DNA from: Candidatus Zixiibacteriota bacterium
GTDB taxonomy: Bacteria > JAAXHH01
DNA length: 62,281 nucleotides
Direction of reading: 5' to 3'
Assembly (NCBI GenBank): GCA_016867335.1
Contig: VGJU01000002.1
Location: 1 to 62,281 of the forward strand
A program made the translations under genes and the position numbers. Shown piece by piece: positions 29,661-40,483 of this stretch. The first letter of the stretch is position 1, and each line of letters starts with the position of its first letter. Under the pieces are notes generated by a model, which ran no database searches, was not told where the DNA came from, and worked only from the letters and a program-made list of their open reading frames with translations.

Positions 29661-30823
29661 ACGATCTCTCCCGCGCCGCCCGACGGCTGACATACGTATA
29701 CGTCCGCCGGGTACCCTGTTATCTGCGGATACTCCCGTCGTATCGCCGTTTCCAGCGTTTCGACAGCTTCGATTTTTACAAGCGCGATGGCGCACCCGCC
29801 AAACCCCGCGCCCGTCATCCGTGCACCCGCAACACCGTCACATCGCCGAGCGATGTCCACTAGCGTATCCAGTTCGCGACAACTGACTTCGTACAGATCG
29901 CGCAGACTGTCGTGCGAATCGTTCATCAACGCGCCAAGACGGGCAAAATCCCGTTTTATGAGCGTCTCCACACTCTGCATTACCCGGTCGTTCTCGCGGA
30001 TTACATGCTCGCAACGACGGGCGACGATATCGGGCAAAACCGACCGATGGGCGTCAAACCGAGCGGGCGTCACATCCCGCAACGCACGGATGTTCTCGAT
30101 ATGCCGCCCTAACAGACGAGCGCCTTCTTCACACTCGCGCCGCCGCTCATTGTAAGCCGAGTCGGCCAACCCGCGTGGACGGTTGGTGTTGGCGACGATT
30201 AGCGCATAGTCCGGCGCGTCGAACGGGATGATCGTATAGTCAAGACTCCGACAGTCGATAAACAGAGCGGTGTGTGGCTGTGCCAAACGCGAAATAAAAG
30301 GATCCATGATCCCGCAGTTTACCCCGGCATACTCGTTTTCCGCCATCTGACACAGACGAGCTAACCGCGTACCGGGAATTTCGGTCTCCGCAAACGCGCA
30401 CAGCATTGTCGCCGTAGCCATCTCGATCGACGCGGAAGAACTCAGTCCGGCCCCGATGGGAACGGTTCCCTGCACGACGCCGTCGCATCCGCGCAGAGCA
30501 ACATGCTCACGCGCCAGCACCGCCGCGACACCGTAGGGATAACGGCCCCATCCCGTGTTTATCCGCGGCTCCATGCGATGGGTGTCGAAAACGACCGTTT
30601 CGTCAAAATCGAGTGCATGAAGACGGATCAGCCCGTCTTTGCGCGGAGTGGCGGCGATCGTCGTATCCCGGTCGATGGCGATAGGCAGAACAAACCCGTC
30701 GTTGTAGTCGGTATGCTCGCCGATCAGGTTTACCCGACCCGGCGCCCGAAACACCCGGATGTCCTGACCTTGCCCGTATCGTCGTCCATGTTCCTCAAGA
30801 ATACGCTTCATGCGTTCGTTCAT
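29657..30823 (-). CDS. galK: Galactokinase
   Basis: APGRVNLIGEHTDYNDG, PIGAGLSSSAS, GARMTGAGFGG. ATGA overlap with the upstream gene. Confidence 0.95.
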   Translation of the reverse strand: MNERMKRILEEHGRRYGQGQDIRVFRAPGRVNLIGEHTDYNDGFVLPIAIDRDTTIAATPRKDGLIRLHALDFDETVVFDTHRMEPRINTGWGRYPYGVAAVLAREHVALRGCDGVVQGTVPIGAGLSSSASIEMATATMLCAFAETEIPGTRLARLCQMAENEYAGVNCGIMDPFISRLAQPHTALFIDCRSLDYTIIPFDAPDYALIVANTNRPRGLADSAYNERRRECEEGARLLGRHIENIRALRDVTPARFDAHRSVLPDIVARRCEHVIRENDRVMQSVETLIKRDFARLGALMNDSHDSLRDLYEVSCRELDTLVDIARRCDGVAGARMTGAGFGGCAIALVKIEAVETLETAIRREYPQITGYPADVYVCQPSGGAGEIV

Positions 30824-31347
30824 CTGCGCTCCAGACAAAGACGGCGGACCTGCTCGAAATACGCGAGCGCAAGCTCCGTACGATAATCGGGATAGGTCCA
30901 CGGCATCGGTTGAAAACCACCGCGCTGATAGATAAGTGTTATCTCGGCAAAAATGCCGGCGCCGAGATAAAGCCGATGGCTGTAGTTTTTGGTCGTCGCC
31001 AGTACGAGTTGCGCGCCGTTGACATAACCGGGATCAAGGTTGGCCCCGCGTCCCGGAAGCCCGTCCGGACGCGGCAAACCGCACTCCATGACGTTGGAAG
31101 CCAATTTGATGTCAGCCAGTGCCTCCGGATCGACCGGCGTCGCCATACTGCAAAACCGTTTGATGAGCGAAGAACCCATCTCCGTGGCGTAGTACTCCGA
31201 AAAGGTAAAGGGATATATATCGCTTTCGGAGTCTACCGGCCCAAACGCCTCTTCCAGTCTACCGACAGCGCGATGCAACATCGCTTCGGTTTGTCCGGTG
31301 ATCGCAAAAACAAGTTTTACCGGTTCGGGAACCGCTATGCCGCCCAT
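30820..31347 (-). CDS. DUF4416 family protein
   Basis: YYATEMG, NLDPGY, LVLATTKNYSHRLYLG, WTYPDY. Confidence 0.85.
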   Translation of the reverse strand: MGGIAVPEPVKLVFAITGQTEAMLHRAVGRLEEAFGPVDSESDIYPFTFSEYYATEMGSSLIKRFCSMATPVDPEALADIKLASNVMECGLPRPDGLPGRGANLDPGYVNGAQLVLATTKNYSHRLYLGAGIFAEITLIYQRGGFQPMPWTYPDYRTELALAYFEQVRRLCLERR

Positions 31348-31440
31348 ACCACCCCAGCCCAAATTCGGCACTGTACAGCCGATTTTACAGGAGATATATT
31401 TTACCTGTTCGCAAACTACACAACATATACATGCAAAACA

Positions 31441-31468
31441 AATATATAGTATTTTGTGGGTGTGTCAA
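31441..31468 (-). promoter_or_regulatory. Putative sigma-70 promoter for DUF4416-galK-HNH
   Basis: Minus strand TTGACA-16 nt-TATATT in an AT-rich intergenic stretch. Confidence 0.5.
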
Positions 31469-31552
31469 TCTAAAATGTTGTGCAACAGGGAGATGAAAGA
31501 CTTTTGCGTCGGTTTCGGATTTGAAACCCTAACCCTACTTAGGGATCTCGCC

Positions 31553-32641
31553 ATGTCAACCCCTCTTATTCGAATGGTCCGGATATCGTGTATCGGTTTT
31601 ATCCTATCGGGGGTTTTGTCCGTCTCCGCACAGGAAGAAGCCCCGGCAGGCAAGTTCTCGATCAGCGGGTATGTGGATGTCTATTACGTCTTCGATTTCT
31701 CCAGACAGCCGTCCAAAGACCGAGTTTTTACCACCATGCCGTATCGTCACAACGAGTTCAACCTCAACCTCGGGTTGGTCGACGCGCGATACGATGGCGA
31801 GCGGACACGCGGACGCATGGCGCTACATACGGGAACTTATGCCCAGTCCAACTATGCGCTCGAAACGCCGACGCTCCAACATATCCACGAAGGGTACGCC
31901 GGATTTCGTCTCGGCAAATCCGCCTGGTGGATAGACGCGGGTGTTTTCGGCTCGCATATCGGGTTCGAAGGCGCGATTACGATGCAGCACTGGACCTATT
32001 CCCGCTCGCTCATGGCCGACTACTCGCCTTACTACGACGCCGGAGTAAAACTGAGCGGTCCACTTTCGGCGAAAACCACCGCGACGCTGGTAGTCATGAA
32101 CGGCTGGCAAAACATCAAGGAAACCAACGACGACAAGGCGTTTGGTACGCAAATCCAAACACAGCTCAATGACCGAGTACTGCTCAACTGGAGCACATTC
32201 GTGGGCAACGAAGCCCCAAATAGCGCACCTTCGCAGATCAGAATTTTTAACGACTGGTTTGCCCGAATTCGTCTCAACGACAAAACCGAAACCGCTTTGG
32301 TGTTTGATCTGGGTTTTCAGAAACGGGCAGTCGGCGGCGGATACGACAACTGGCATACTGCGGCTCTGCTGGCGCGTATTCAGACCGCGCCCCGCGTTGC
32401 AATCGGCGGTCGGGTCGAGTACTATATAGACAAAAAAGGGGTGATCATTGCCTCCGGAACCCCCAACGGGTTTCAGACATTGAGCGGTTCGCTCAATGTG
32501 GATTATGCACCGGCAAACAACATGCTGTGGCTGGTGGAAGGGAGAGTATACCGTTCAAAAGACCGTGTCTTTCCGGGTGTTTCCGGCGCAAAACGGTCCA
32601 GCGGTTTTATCGCCACGTCGATAGCGATCCTCATGAATTAG
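31553..32641 (+). CDS. Putative outer-membrane beta-barrel porin (BBP2/OmpL-like)
   Basis: Signal peptide, ISGYVDVYY, DAGVFGSHIGFE, YSRSLMADYSPYY, NGWQNI. Confidence 0.8.
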   Translation: MSTPLIRMVRISCIGFILSGVLSVSAQEEAPAGKFSISGYVDVYYVFDFSRQPSKDRVFTTMPYRHNEFNLNLGLVDARYDGERTRGRMALHTGTYAQSNYALETPTLQHIHEGYAGFRLGKSAWWIDAGVFGSHIGFEGAITMQHWTYSRSLMADYSPYYDAGVKLSGPLSAKTTATLVVMNGWQNIKETNDDKAFGTQIQTQLNDRVLLNWSTFVGNEAPNSAPSQIRIFNDWFARIRLNDKTETALVFDLGFQKRAVGGGYDNWHTAALLARIQTAPRVAIGGRVEYYIDKKGVIIASGTPNGFQTLSGSLNVDYAPANNMLWLVEGRVYRSKDRVFPGVSGAKRSSGFIATSIAILMN

Positions 32642-32677
32642 TCAAAAAATCAGGCAGCGGTTTCTTCGCATCCCGAC

Positions 32678-33502
32678 GTGCGGGAGATATCCGCGCAACT
32701 CGCACAAAGCCAGGGGCTGGCTCGCACGGTTTCCGGGCGATTTGACTGGACCGCGTCTCTTTTTGCCGAGCGGTCCACATTTGACGCCCCCGCGCCGCTC
32801 GGCTATGCCCTCGGCGTCGTGGAACGGACCCGCGAACGCTACGGGTTCGATCTGCGTCGGTCGCTACGCAACGGGTTGCGTGTGGGCGCGTCGGTCAACC
32901 TGATCCATGCGGGGTTCTCACCGGGATTCTTGACCCCCGTCGATTTGGCCGACGCTCGGCTTTCGGTGTCGATTCCGTTGTTACGGGGACGGGGAACGGG
33001 GTATGCCGATGCGGAGGAACGCGTGGCACGTATCGACTTGCAAGGCGCTGAGATGATGCGTACACGGCTGCTATCCGAGGGTATCGCCTAAACGGCCGTA
33101 GGCGAGGTGGCGCTCGACGAAGCCCAGATCCGGTCGAAACGCGCCCTATCGCTTATCCATGCGGAAATGGCGTTGATTTTGGCGGATCTTCGGGCCAGCA
33201 TCACCGTCTTTCATACCGCCAGCATCGCGGAAAAATCGCTCACAGCCGCTAGAGAAGACAAATCGGTATTGTTGCTTCTCGAAGAAAGACGATTTGACAA
33301 GACGCTGATGAATCGTTTGAAAGATACCATGCTGCTTCAGGATCGGCTCGCGGAACTCAAAATCTCCAGAATCCAGTCTCAGTGCGACCATGCGACGGCG
33401 CGGGTCCGGTTGCAACTGGCCACCGGCAATCTGTTCGAACAGGACGCACCTCTGTTGCCTTTTGACATCAAAAAATTGACGGCCCTGCCCTCTGTGGATT
33501 GA
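32678..33502 (+). pseudogene. Internally deleted TolC-family outer-membrane protein
   Basis: QGLA..SGRFDW, LSVSIPLLRGRG, EERRF, ARVRLQLATGNL. The two track ORFs share a frame across TAA 33089. Too short for TolC and lacks a signal peptide. Confidence 0.6.
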
Positions 33503-33951
33503 CCATGCTCCGTTCGGCGTATGTCATGGCGTTTTTTACGCTTACCGTGGTCTTTTCGTCCCACTTTGCCACGGCCCAACCCAAGGACCGTATCGGCGGT
33601 ATCGGACGCATACAGCCGGTGGGAGGTCTGCTCGAACTGGTCAGTCCTTCCGGCGATATCGTAGATTCGGTATACGTGCGTCCGGGCGACGTAGTGGAGG
33701 CGGACCTGTCGCGCATGGCCGTACTGTGGGACATCTACGATGGTGATCTGGGGCAAATAGCACCGGGAATGAAAGCTACCGTGACCGGAAACGGATTTCC
33801 GGGAAAACTGGAGGGTGAGGTCGTCTCGGTAGACCGAATCGTCCAGATGCCCGCGCAGACGGCAAAAGTCCATATCCGTTTGCTCAGGAATACCCCCGCA
33901 GACAAGTATCTCAACATGCAAGTCAACGTCTCCATACAGACCCGCCCCTGA
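33499..33951 (+). pseudogene. HlyD/periplasmic adaptor-like protein lacking the alpha-helical hairpin
   Basis: GRIQP...VDSVYVRPGDVV is joined directly to ADLSRMAVLWDIYDGDLGQIAPGMKATV..FPGKLEGEV. Confidence 0.6.
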
Positions 33952-34034
33952 AAGAAGTTTGAAGTTTGAAGGGAGAAGTTTGAAAGGTAAATAGTCGGTC
34001 CAAACGGTATTCTTCCTTTTCGCGCTTCACTCTT
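33950..34034. repeat. Heptamer-periodic GAAGTTT array followed by an inverted pyrimidine-rich array
   Basis: GAAGTTT GAAGTTT GAAGGGA GAAGTTT GAAAGG ... CTTCCTTTTCGCGCTTCACTCTTT. Confidence 0.6.
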
Positions 34035-34048
34035 TGACGGAGACGCCT

Positions 34049-36361
34049 ATGCCCTCCTGTACAAACGTAACGGGTAGCCTTTTACGGTTTTTTTTGCTGA
34101 TAGGTCTTTGTATCTTCGGGATGTCGTCCTCGGCGTGGGGTCAGCAAGACGGAGACCATACGGTGGTCGCACGCGAGATCGCTACCGCGCCCCTTATCGA
34201 CGGCGCGCTTGACGAAGCGGTGTGGACGTCGGTTCCGCCCTCCCTCGGCGAATTGGTCCAACAGCGGCCCGACGAAGGACAACCCGCCTCGCAAAAGACC
34301 GAGGTGTGGATCGCTTACGACGCTACCGCTCTTTATTTTGCTTTCATGTGTTACGACGCCCAGCCAGACGCCGTCATTTCCAACGAAATGCGGCGTGATG
34401 CGGACCTTTCGGATGACGATACGATAGAGATCATCCTCGATACGTTTTTTGACCGACAGAACGGATTTCTCTTTTCCACCAATGCGGTTGGCGGCCGTTT
34501 CGACGCACAGGTGCGCAACGAGGGCGCGGGCATCACGCGCGGTCAGCGCTCCCCCACCGGACGCCCGATCACCAGCGAAAACTTTAACGTAGACTGGGAC
34601 GGGGTATGGACGACCGCGGCCCGCCGTCTGTCCAACGGATGGTCCACCGAAATCGCCATTCCGTTTACCACACTCCGGTACAAAAAAGGGTCCGACGTTA
34701 CGTTTGGGATGAATATCCAGCGCCAGATTCGTCGGCGCAACGAACAGGCGTTCTGGACTCCCGTACCACGTCCGTATTCCATTTTCAAACTCTCCAGCGC
34801 TGGACAGCTCAGGGGCATACGCCTGCCCGAACCCAAACGCAATTTCAAAGTAAAACCTTTTGGGCTAATCGGCGCGCAGAGCGACTTTACCCGGACCGAT
34901 GCGCGTCGTAACGAAGGCAAATGGGACGGCGGCGCAGACATCAAATACGGGCTTACTTCGAACATCGTGCTGGACGTGACGCTCAACACCGATTTTTCGC
35001 AGGTGGAGTCGGACGAAGATCAACTTAACCTGAGTCAGTTTAGCCTGTTTTTCCCGGAGAAGCGCGAATTTTTTCTGGAAAACGCTGGGTTGTTTAGCTT
35101 TGGGTCGGTACGGGTGGGGCCATCGCGCGAAATGGAGATGTTTTTTAGTCGGCGTATTGGTCTGTTTAACGTAGCGGGGAACGATACACGCGAACAGCCT
35201 ATTCTGGGGGGCGCACGGGTGACCGGCAAGGCGGGGCGTTTTAACGTCGGCCTGCTCAACCTGACCGCCGACGAAACCCGTTTTAAGAAAACGGTGGGCG
35301 ACACGCTCGCGCCAATGACCAACTTTACGGTAGCGCGTATCACGCGAGACATTTTTCTCAAATCGAACATCGGCGTCAGTATGATGAACAAACAGACCGG
35401 GAAGGACAATCGCTACAACCGAGTCGTAAGCGCCGATATGAACCTCGCCTTTGGCGATCATTTTACCTCAAACGCCTTTTTGTCCGGCTCTTTTACGGGA
35501 AGCGACAAACCGCACCCCGACGGAACGGGTATCGCGGGCATGCTGATCGCCGAATGGCGTACCAACCTGTATCAGATTCGTGGCGGCTACCGCGACATGG
35601 CCGTGGATTTTAACAACGAATTCGGTTTTATTCGACGAACGAACATCCGAGCGTATGACGGCTTTCTCGCGCTTACGCAGGAACCTAAGGGCAGCATACT
35701 TCGCCAAAACTTTCCGCATATCAACTTTACCTTGCTTACCGATCACAAAAACACGCAGGTGTCCCGGCGAGAGCATTACGGATATACCTTTATCTTCCGG
35801 GATGGGACGCAGACCGAGTTGGCCGTCAACCGCCAATTCGAAAAAGTAACCGCTCCTACTCCCATACTCCGCGTACCTCTCAAATTGGGCAGCCATAGTT
35901 TTACCGACGTGTTCTATACGTTTTCGTTCAACCCGAGCAAACCGGTGTACGGGAGTGTAAACACGACAATAGGGCAATTTTACGACGGTAAACAGTGGCA
36001 GGTTACGGTAGAGGGCGGGATACGTTTTGGTTCGGCCCTTAGCATACAGCCGCATTATCAGTATCAGAAAATCTCCCTATCCACGGGAAAGGCAAAAGTC
36101 CACTTGCTCACTACACGGCTCAACTATTCGTTTTCCACACGGTTTTCCACTCGCGCCCTTATCCAGTACAACAGCCTTACCCGTGAGATCAACACCAACT
36201 TCCGGCTTCGGTTTCTTACTACCCCCGGAAGCGATTTGTTTATCGTATACAACGAACGCCGCGTCACCGAGGATACGACGTTCCTTACCACGACCATCGA
36301 CCGACTCGGAACCAGAGACCGTACGATCGCCGTTAAGGCGACCTATCTGTTTGAGTTGTAG
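34049..36361 (+). CDS. Carbohydrate-binding family 9-like / DUF5916 outer-membrane protein
   Basis: APLIDGALDEAVW, ILDTFFD, WDGVW, WSTEIAIPF, NTDFSQVESD, FFPEKREFFLE, FFSRRIG. Confidence 0.85.
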   Translation: MPSCTNVTGSLLRFFLLIGLCIFGMSSSAWGQQDGDHTVVAREIATAPLIDGALDEAVWTSVPPSLGELVQQRPDEGQPASQKTEVWIAYDATALYFAFMCYDAQPDAVISNEMRRDADLSDDDTIEIILDTFFDRQNGFLFSTNAVGGRFDAQVRNEGAGITRGQRSPTGRPITSENFNVDWDGVWTTAARRLSNGWSTEIAIPFTTLRYKKGSDVTFGMNIQRQIRRRNEQAFWTPVPRPYSIFKLSSAGQLRGIRLPEPKRNFKVKPFGLIGAQSDFTRTDARRNEGKWDGGADIKYGLTSNIVLDVTLNTDFSQVESDEDQLNLSQFSLFFPEKREFFLENAGLFSFGSVRVGPSREMEMFFSRRIGLFNVAGNDTREQPILGGARVTGKAGRFNVGLLNLTADETRFKKTVGDTLAPMTNFTVARITRDIFLKSNIGVSMMNKQTGKDNRYNRVVSADMNLAFGDHFTSNAFLSGSFTGSDKPHPDGTGIAGMLIAEWRTNLYQIRGGYRDMAVDFNNEFGFIRRTNIRAYDGFLALTQEPKGSILRQNFPHINFTLLTDHKNTQVSRREHYGYTFIFRDGTQTELAVNRQFEKVTAPTPILRVPLKLGSHSFTDVFYTFSFNPSKPVYGSVNTTIGQFYDGKQWQVTVEGGIRFGSALSIQPHYQYQKISLSTGKAKVHLLTTRLNYSFSTRFSTRALIQYNSLTREINTNFRLRFLTTPGSDLFIVYNERRVTEDTTFLTTTIDRLGTRDRTIAVKATYLFEL

Positions 36362-36387
36362 CGGAACGCCACATCGGAGAGACCTCT

Positions 36388-37212
36388 ATGGGATTTATTG
36401 AAACGACGCATCCGCCGCAAATACAAGGCCGTCTTGGCCCGGCAACCGTTACTATCCTCGGCGCAAAAGGCCTGCGACTGACAAAGCTCAACAGCTTTCA
36501 TTTAGACGAAGGCCCCGATTTTTCATGGCTCAATGTGTATCGTACGCTGGCGGACGGCAAACAACTGGAAGTCGTTAGGGATCGTACCCCGGATGTCTTT
36601 TGCGTGTCGGGTGGGGATGCGGAGGTTCGGTGGGGCGCATCCGGCGATTTTCAGGGCGAGGTGGATGTCCGCTACCGTCTTGACGAAGCCGCCGCATCGG
36701 TGGATGTGCAGTTTAGCGCCCGTCTTTTTGCCGCTTGCTCACGTTTCGAAATGTTTATCTCCAGTTATTTTACCCCGTATTACACACCTCGTTATGCGGT
36801 CGCCGACACTCGTCTGTTTCCGGAAAAACTTTTCTGGTACGAAAAAAAGTGGTTCGCAGAAGGCGAGAACGAAACATGGACACGCGATACGCAGGTGGAA
36901 ACGGTTTTTCGGGACGGCAGATGGGCAACCGGATTTCCTGTCAACTGGCGGGTCGGTCCTCATTACGCTTTTCCGCTTATGATTCAGGAACACCGCTACG
37001 GTCATGCGATCTTGCTTATGGCACGCAGGGAGGACTGTATCGGCATATCGGGTCTGAACAGCTATCACAATTCACAGTATTTTCACCTGTTTGGCAGGGA
37101 CATAGCGGCGGGGGAGAAGGTTTCCGCCGACGTGCGCATGACGCTGGTTACCCGTTGGGAAGATTTGCAACAGGAGGCGTTGGCACGCTACGAACAATGG
37201 GTGGGCGTTTGA
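36388..37212 (+). CDS. Hypothetical protein
   Basis: 274-aa ORF with GGAG ribosome-binding site, in operon orientation. No family recognised. Confidence 0.7.
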   Translation: MGFIETTHPPQIQGRLGPATVTILGAKGLRLTKLNSFHLDEGPDFSWLNVYRTLADGKQLEVVRDRTPDVFCVSGGDAEVRWGASGDFQGEVDVRYRLDEAAASVDVQFSARLFAACSRFEMFISSYFTPYYTPRYAVADTRLFPEKLFWYEKKWFAEGENETWTRDTQVETVFRDGRWATGFPVNWRVGPHYAFPLMIQEHRYGHAILLMARREDCIGISGLNSYHNSQYFHLFGRDIAAGEKVSADVRMTLVTRWEDLQQEALARYEQWVGV

Positions 37213-37306
37213 GCGAACGGAAAGACGGGTGTTTGCTTTGCCGTGTTTGGAAGACCGAATACGCTCTGTAGCTTGATGCGGGGAGGCTCAAGGGCTGGGG
37301 ATTTGC

Positions 37307-38362
37307 ATGTCCACAACCGGAGGTAAGATCTTGGATACACTCAATATGGGCGTCGTCGGATGCGGATGGGCGGGGCGACAGGCGGTCGTTGCGGCAACCA
37401 CGGTTCCGGGGGTGCGGGTTGCGGCGGTAAGCGATTCCGTGGAAGAACTCCGCAACGGCGTTGCCGATGAATTTTCCGTGGACCGCCGACACGCAGGCTA
37501 CGAAGAACTGCTGGCGGACAAGGGTGTCGAAGCGGTGTATTTAGCGGTCAACCCGGTGATGCGCTACCCGATGGTGCTGGATGCGCTTGCCGCCGGAAAA
37601 CACGTCCTCGTTCAGAAACCCCACGCGGTACGAGCGGAACATATCCTCGAATTCGAACGTGCGGCACAAAAAAGCGGAACCACGCTTCAGTTTTGTTATT
37701 TCATGCGGCATTTTCCCCAAAACCGCAAGATACGCGCCGCTATCCGGAGTGGACGCATCGGCGAACCCTATCACGCCCGCATCTTTCTCAAATGCAACAT
37801 GCTTCCGCCCGCCGAAGGCATCACCCGGTGGCTTCAGGTGTACGGTCAAAAAGGCGGGGCGCTCGGTCAGCACGCCTCGCACGAGTTGGACCTTGCCTGG
37901 TGGTGGATGGGCCGTCCGGAACCCCGGTGGGCGTTTGCCGTAAAACACGCCGTATATCCGGTGTATGACGGTCCGGAAGGTCCCGCCGAAGACTATTTCT
38001 CCGGCATGATAGGCTTTGAAGACGGAAAAACGATACAGATCGACTGTTCACGCTGGCTGCACAGCGATACACCCACGGTCGTCGAGGTGTACGGCAGTGC
38101 CGGCGCGGTGTCGAACCGCGCCATCTCACGGTTTGTCGTCGGACGTTTTGCCGTCGAGGAGATCGACGAACCGCTCGATGTCGTCCATCCGGCCCCGCCC
38201 GATCCTGTACCGACTTTTTACTACGAGATCTCCCATTTTGTCGGGGCGGTCGCGGGCGAAGTCAAACCCGAAGTGGATGCGCGCGACGCTTACCGGTTTA
38301 TGAAAATCCTCGACGCGCTCTACGACAGCGCGTCGAGGGGGGAGAAGGTTTTTATCGTATAG
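37307..38362 (+). CDS. Gfo/Idh/MocA family oxidoreductase
   Basis: GVVGCGWAG, AGKHVLVQKP, GGALGQHASHELD. Start may be at 37345. Confidence 0.88.
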   Translation: MSTTGGKILDTLNMGVVGCGWAGRQAVVAATTVPGVRVAAVSDSVEELRNGVADEFSVDRRHAGYEELLADKGVEAVYLAVNPVMRYPMVLDALAAGKHVLVQKPHAVRAEHILEFERAAQKSGTTLQFCYFMRHFPQNRKIRAAIRSGRIGEPYHARIFLKCNMLPPAEGITRWLQVYGQKGGALGQHASHELDLAWWWMGRPEPRWAFAVKHAVYPVYDGPEGPAEDYFSGMIGFEDGKTIQIDCSRWLHSDTPTVVEVYGSAGAVSNRAISRFVVGRFAVEEIDEPLDVVHPAPPDPVPTFYYEISHFVGAVAGEVKPEVDARDAYRFMKILDALYDSASRGEKVFIV

Positions 38363-40417
38363 CTATCCTCTTACCAGCCCTTTCACTACACCCGCGACGT
38401 GTTCGGGTGTAAAGCCGAATTTCTCCTGAAGCGTCTTGAGCGGAGCCGACGCGCCAAAAGTGCGCATCCCCACGATCTTGCCTTCCAGCCCCACATAGCG
38501 TTCCCACGCCATGGTAGACGCCTGCTCCACCGCCACCCGCGCCCGGACCGACGGCGGGATCACCGCGTCCCGGTAGGCCTTGTCCTGATGTTCGAACAGT
38601 TCCCACGACGGCATGCTGATCACCCGCGTCCGGATACCCTCTGCCGTAAGCCGCTCGTAAGCGTCCACACACAACCCCACCTCGCTGCCGCTTGCCATGA
38701 GCAGTGCCTCCGGGTTGCCGTCCGTCGCATCGGCGAGGATATAGGCTCCTCGCGAAACACCGGAGGCCGGGCCATATTTGCCGCGGTCCAGCGTCGGCAG
38801 GTTTTGCCGTGACAAAATCAGCGCCACCGGCGTATGATGAAACTGCATGATCGTCCGCCATGCTTCGGAGACTTCGTTGGCATCGCCGGGGCGCAGGACC
38901 ACCAAATGCGGGATGGCACGGAGCGAGACCAATTGTTCGATAGGCTGATGGGTTGGCCCATCCTCACCCACCCCGATCGAGTCGTGGGTAAAGATGTGTA
39001 TGGTCGGTATTTCCATCAGCGCGCTGAGCCGTATGGCAGGCCGGGCATAGTCGCTAAAGATGAGAAAACCGGAGCCGTACGCCCGGATTTTGCTGAGCGA
39101 CATGCCGTTGACGACCGCGCCCATCGCGTGCTCGCGAACGCCAAAGTGAAAGTTGCGCCCCGTCTCGTCCGCCGTAAAATCCCCGGCATCGTCAAAGGTA
39201 AGCCGTGTATTGGTAGAGGGCGCCAAGTCCGCCGCACCCCCCATGAGCCACGGGACGTTTTTTGCAATCGCATTGAGCGCCTGTCCCGAAGCGATGCGTC
39301 CGGCAACGCCTTTGGGGTCTGTGGGAAACACAGGCAGGTCGCTGTCCCATCCCTCCGGCAGTTGGCGTTTCTGCATCCTTGTCAGATGGTCCGCAAGGTC
39401 CGGATGCTGGGCGCTATAGGCGTCGAACCGGGCACCCCAGTCCGCATGAAGCGATGCGCCGCGCGCGCCAATACCGGCGCTGAAATGCGTGACGACCTCG
39501 TCCGGAACCCAAAACTTTGCGTCTTCGGGCCAGCCATAGTTGCGTTTGGTAAGCCGAATTTCGTCTTCGCCCAGGGGACTGCCATGCGCGGCGTGTGTAT
39601 CCTGCTTGTTGGGCGCGCCATAGGCGATGTGGCTGTCCACAATGATCAAAGTAGGACGGTCGTCCGTCTTTTTGAAGGTGTCAAAGGCACGTTGGAGCAT
39701 CTCCAGATCGTTGGCATCGCCTACACGAAGCACATTCCAGCCGTAGCCGAGAAAACGGGTGGCTACATCCTCGCTAAACGCCCACGCGGTATGGCCTTCG
39801 ATGGTGATTTTGTTGTTGTCGTAAATCCAGCACAGGTTGGATAGCCTTAGATGCCCGGCCAGTGAAGCGGCTTCCCCGGTAATCCCCTCCATCATGCACC
39901 CGTCGCCGCACAGCGCATATACGTCATAGCCAAACATCTCGAAACCGGGGCGATTGAAATAAGACGCCATCCACCGACTGGCAATGGCCATGCCGACGCT
40001 GGTCGCCACCCCCTGACCAAGCGGGCCGGTAGTCGTCTCGATACCCGACGTCCAACGGTATTCGGGATGCCCCGGACATTTGCTGTCCAACTGACGGAAG
40101 TTGCGGATGTCGTCGAGCGAAACGGACACGCGGCCCAACGTTTCGTAGTCCGGATCGACGGCCTTTACACCCGTAAGATGCAACATGCTGTAGAGCAACA
40201 TCGAAGCATGTCCGACGGACAGGACAAAGCGGTCCCGGTTGGGCCATATCGGGTCTTCGGGGTCAAAACGCAGATACCGTTGCCACAGCGTATATACCAC
40301 CGGGGCAAGCGCCATGGCCGTACCGGGATGACCCGAGTTGGCAGCCTGCACTGCGTCCATCGACAGCGTTCGGATGGTATTGACGGCCAGCAGATCGAGG
40401 TCTTTCGATGTATGCAT
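38363..40417 (-). CDS. tkt: Transketolase
   Basis: ANSGHPG, RDRFVLSVGH, TTGPLGQG, GDGCMMEG, THDSIGVGEDGPTHQP. Confidence 0.97.
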   Translation of the reverse strand: MHTSKDLDLLAVNTIRTLSMDAVQAANSGHPGTAMALAPVVYTLWQRYLRFDPEDPIWPNRDRFVLSVGHASMLLYSMLHLTGVKAVDPDYETLGRVSVSLDDIRNFRQLDSKCPGHPEYRWTSGIETTTGPLGQGVATSVGMAIASRWMASYFNRPGFEMFGYDVYALCGDGCMMEGITGEAASLAGHLRLSNLCWIYDNNKITIEGHTAWAFSEDVATRFLGYGWNVLRVGDANDLEMLQRAFDTFKKTDDRPTLIIVDSHIAYGAPNKQDTHAAHGSPLGEDEIRLTKRNYGWPEDAKFWVPDEVVTHFSAGIGARGASLHADWGARFDAYSAQHPDLADHLTRMQKRQLPEGWDSDLPVFPTDPKGVAGRIASGQALNAIAKNVPWLMGGAADLAPSTNTRLTFDDAGDFTADETGRNFHFGVREHAMGAVVNGMSLSKIRAYGSGFLIFSDYARPAIRLSALMEIPTIHIFTHDSIGVGEDGPTHQPIEQLVSLRAIPHLVVLRPGDANEVSEAWRTIMQFHHTPVALILSRQNLPTLDRGKYGPASGVSRGAYILADATDGNPEALLMASGSEVGLCVDAYERLTAEGIRTRVISMPSWELFEHQDKAYRDAVIPPSVRARVAVEQASTMAWERYVGLEGKIVGMRTFGASAPLKTLQEKFGFTPEHVAGVVKGLVRG

Positions 40418-40483
40418 AACCGGAAGCTCCTTAGGGACGGTTAGGATTTTCAGACGATGGACTACAAACAAATGCCCGTAACG

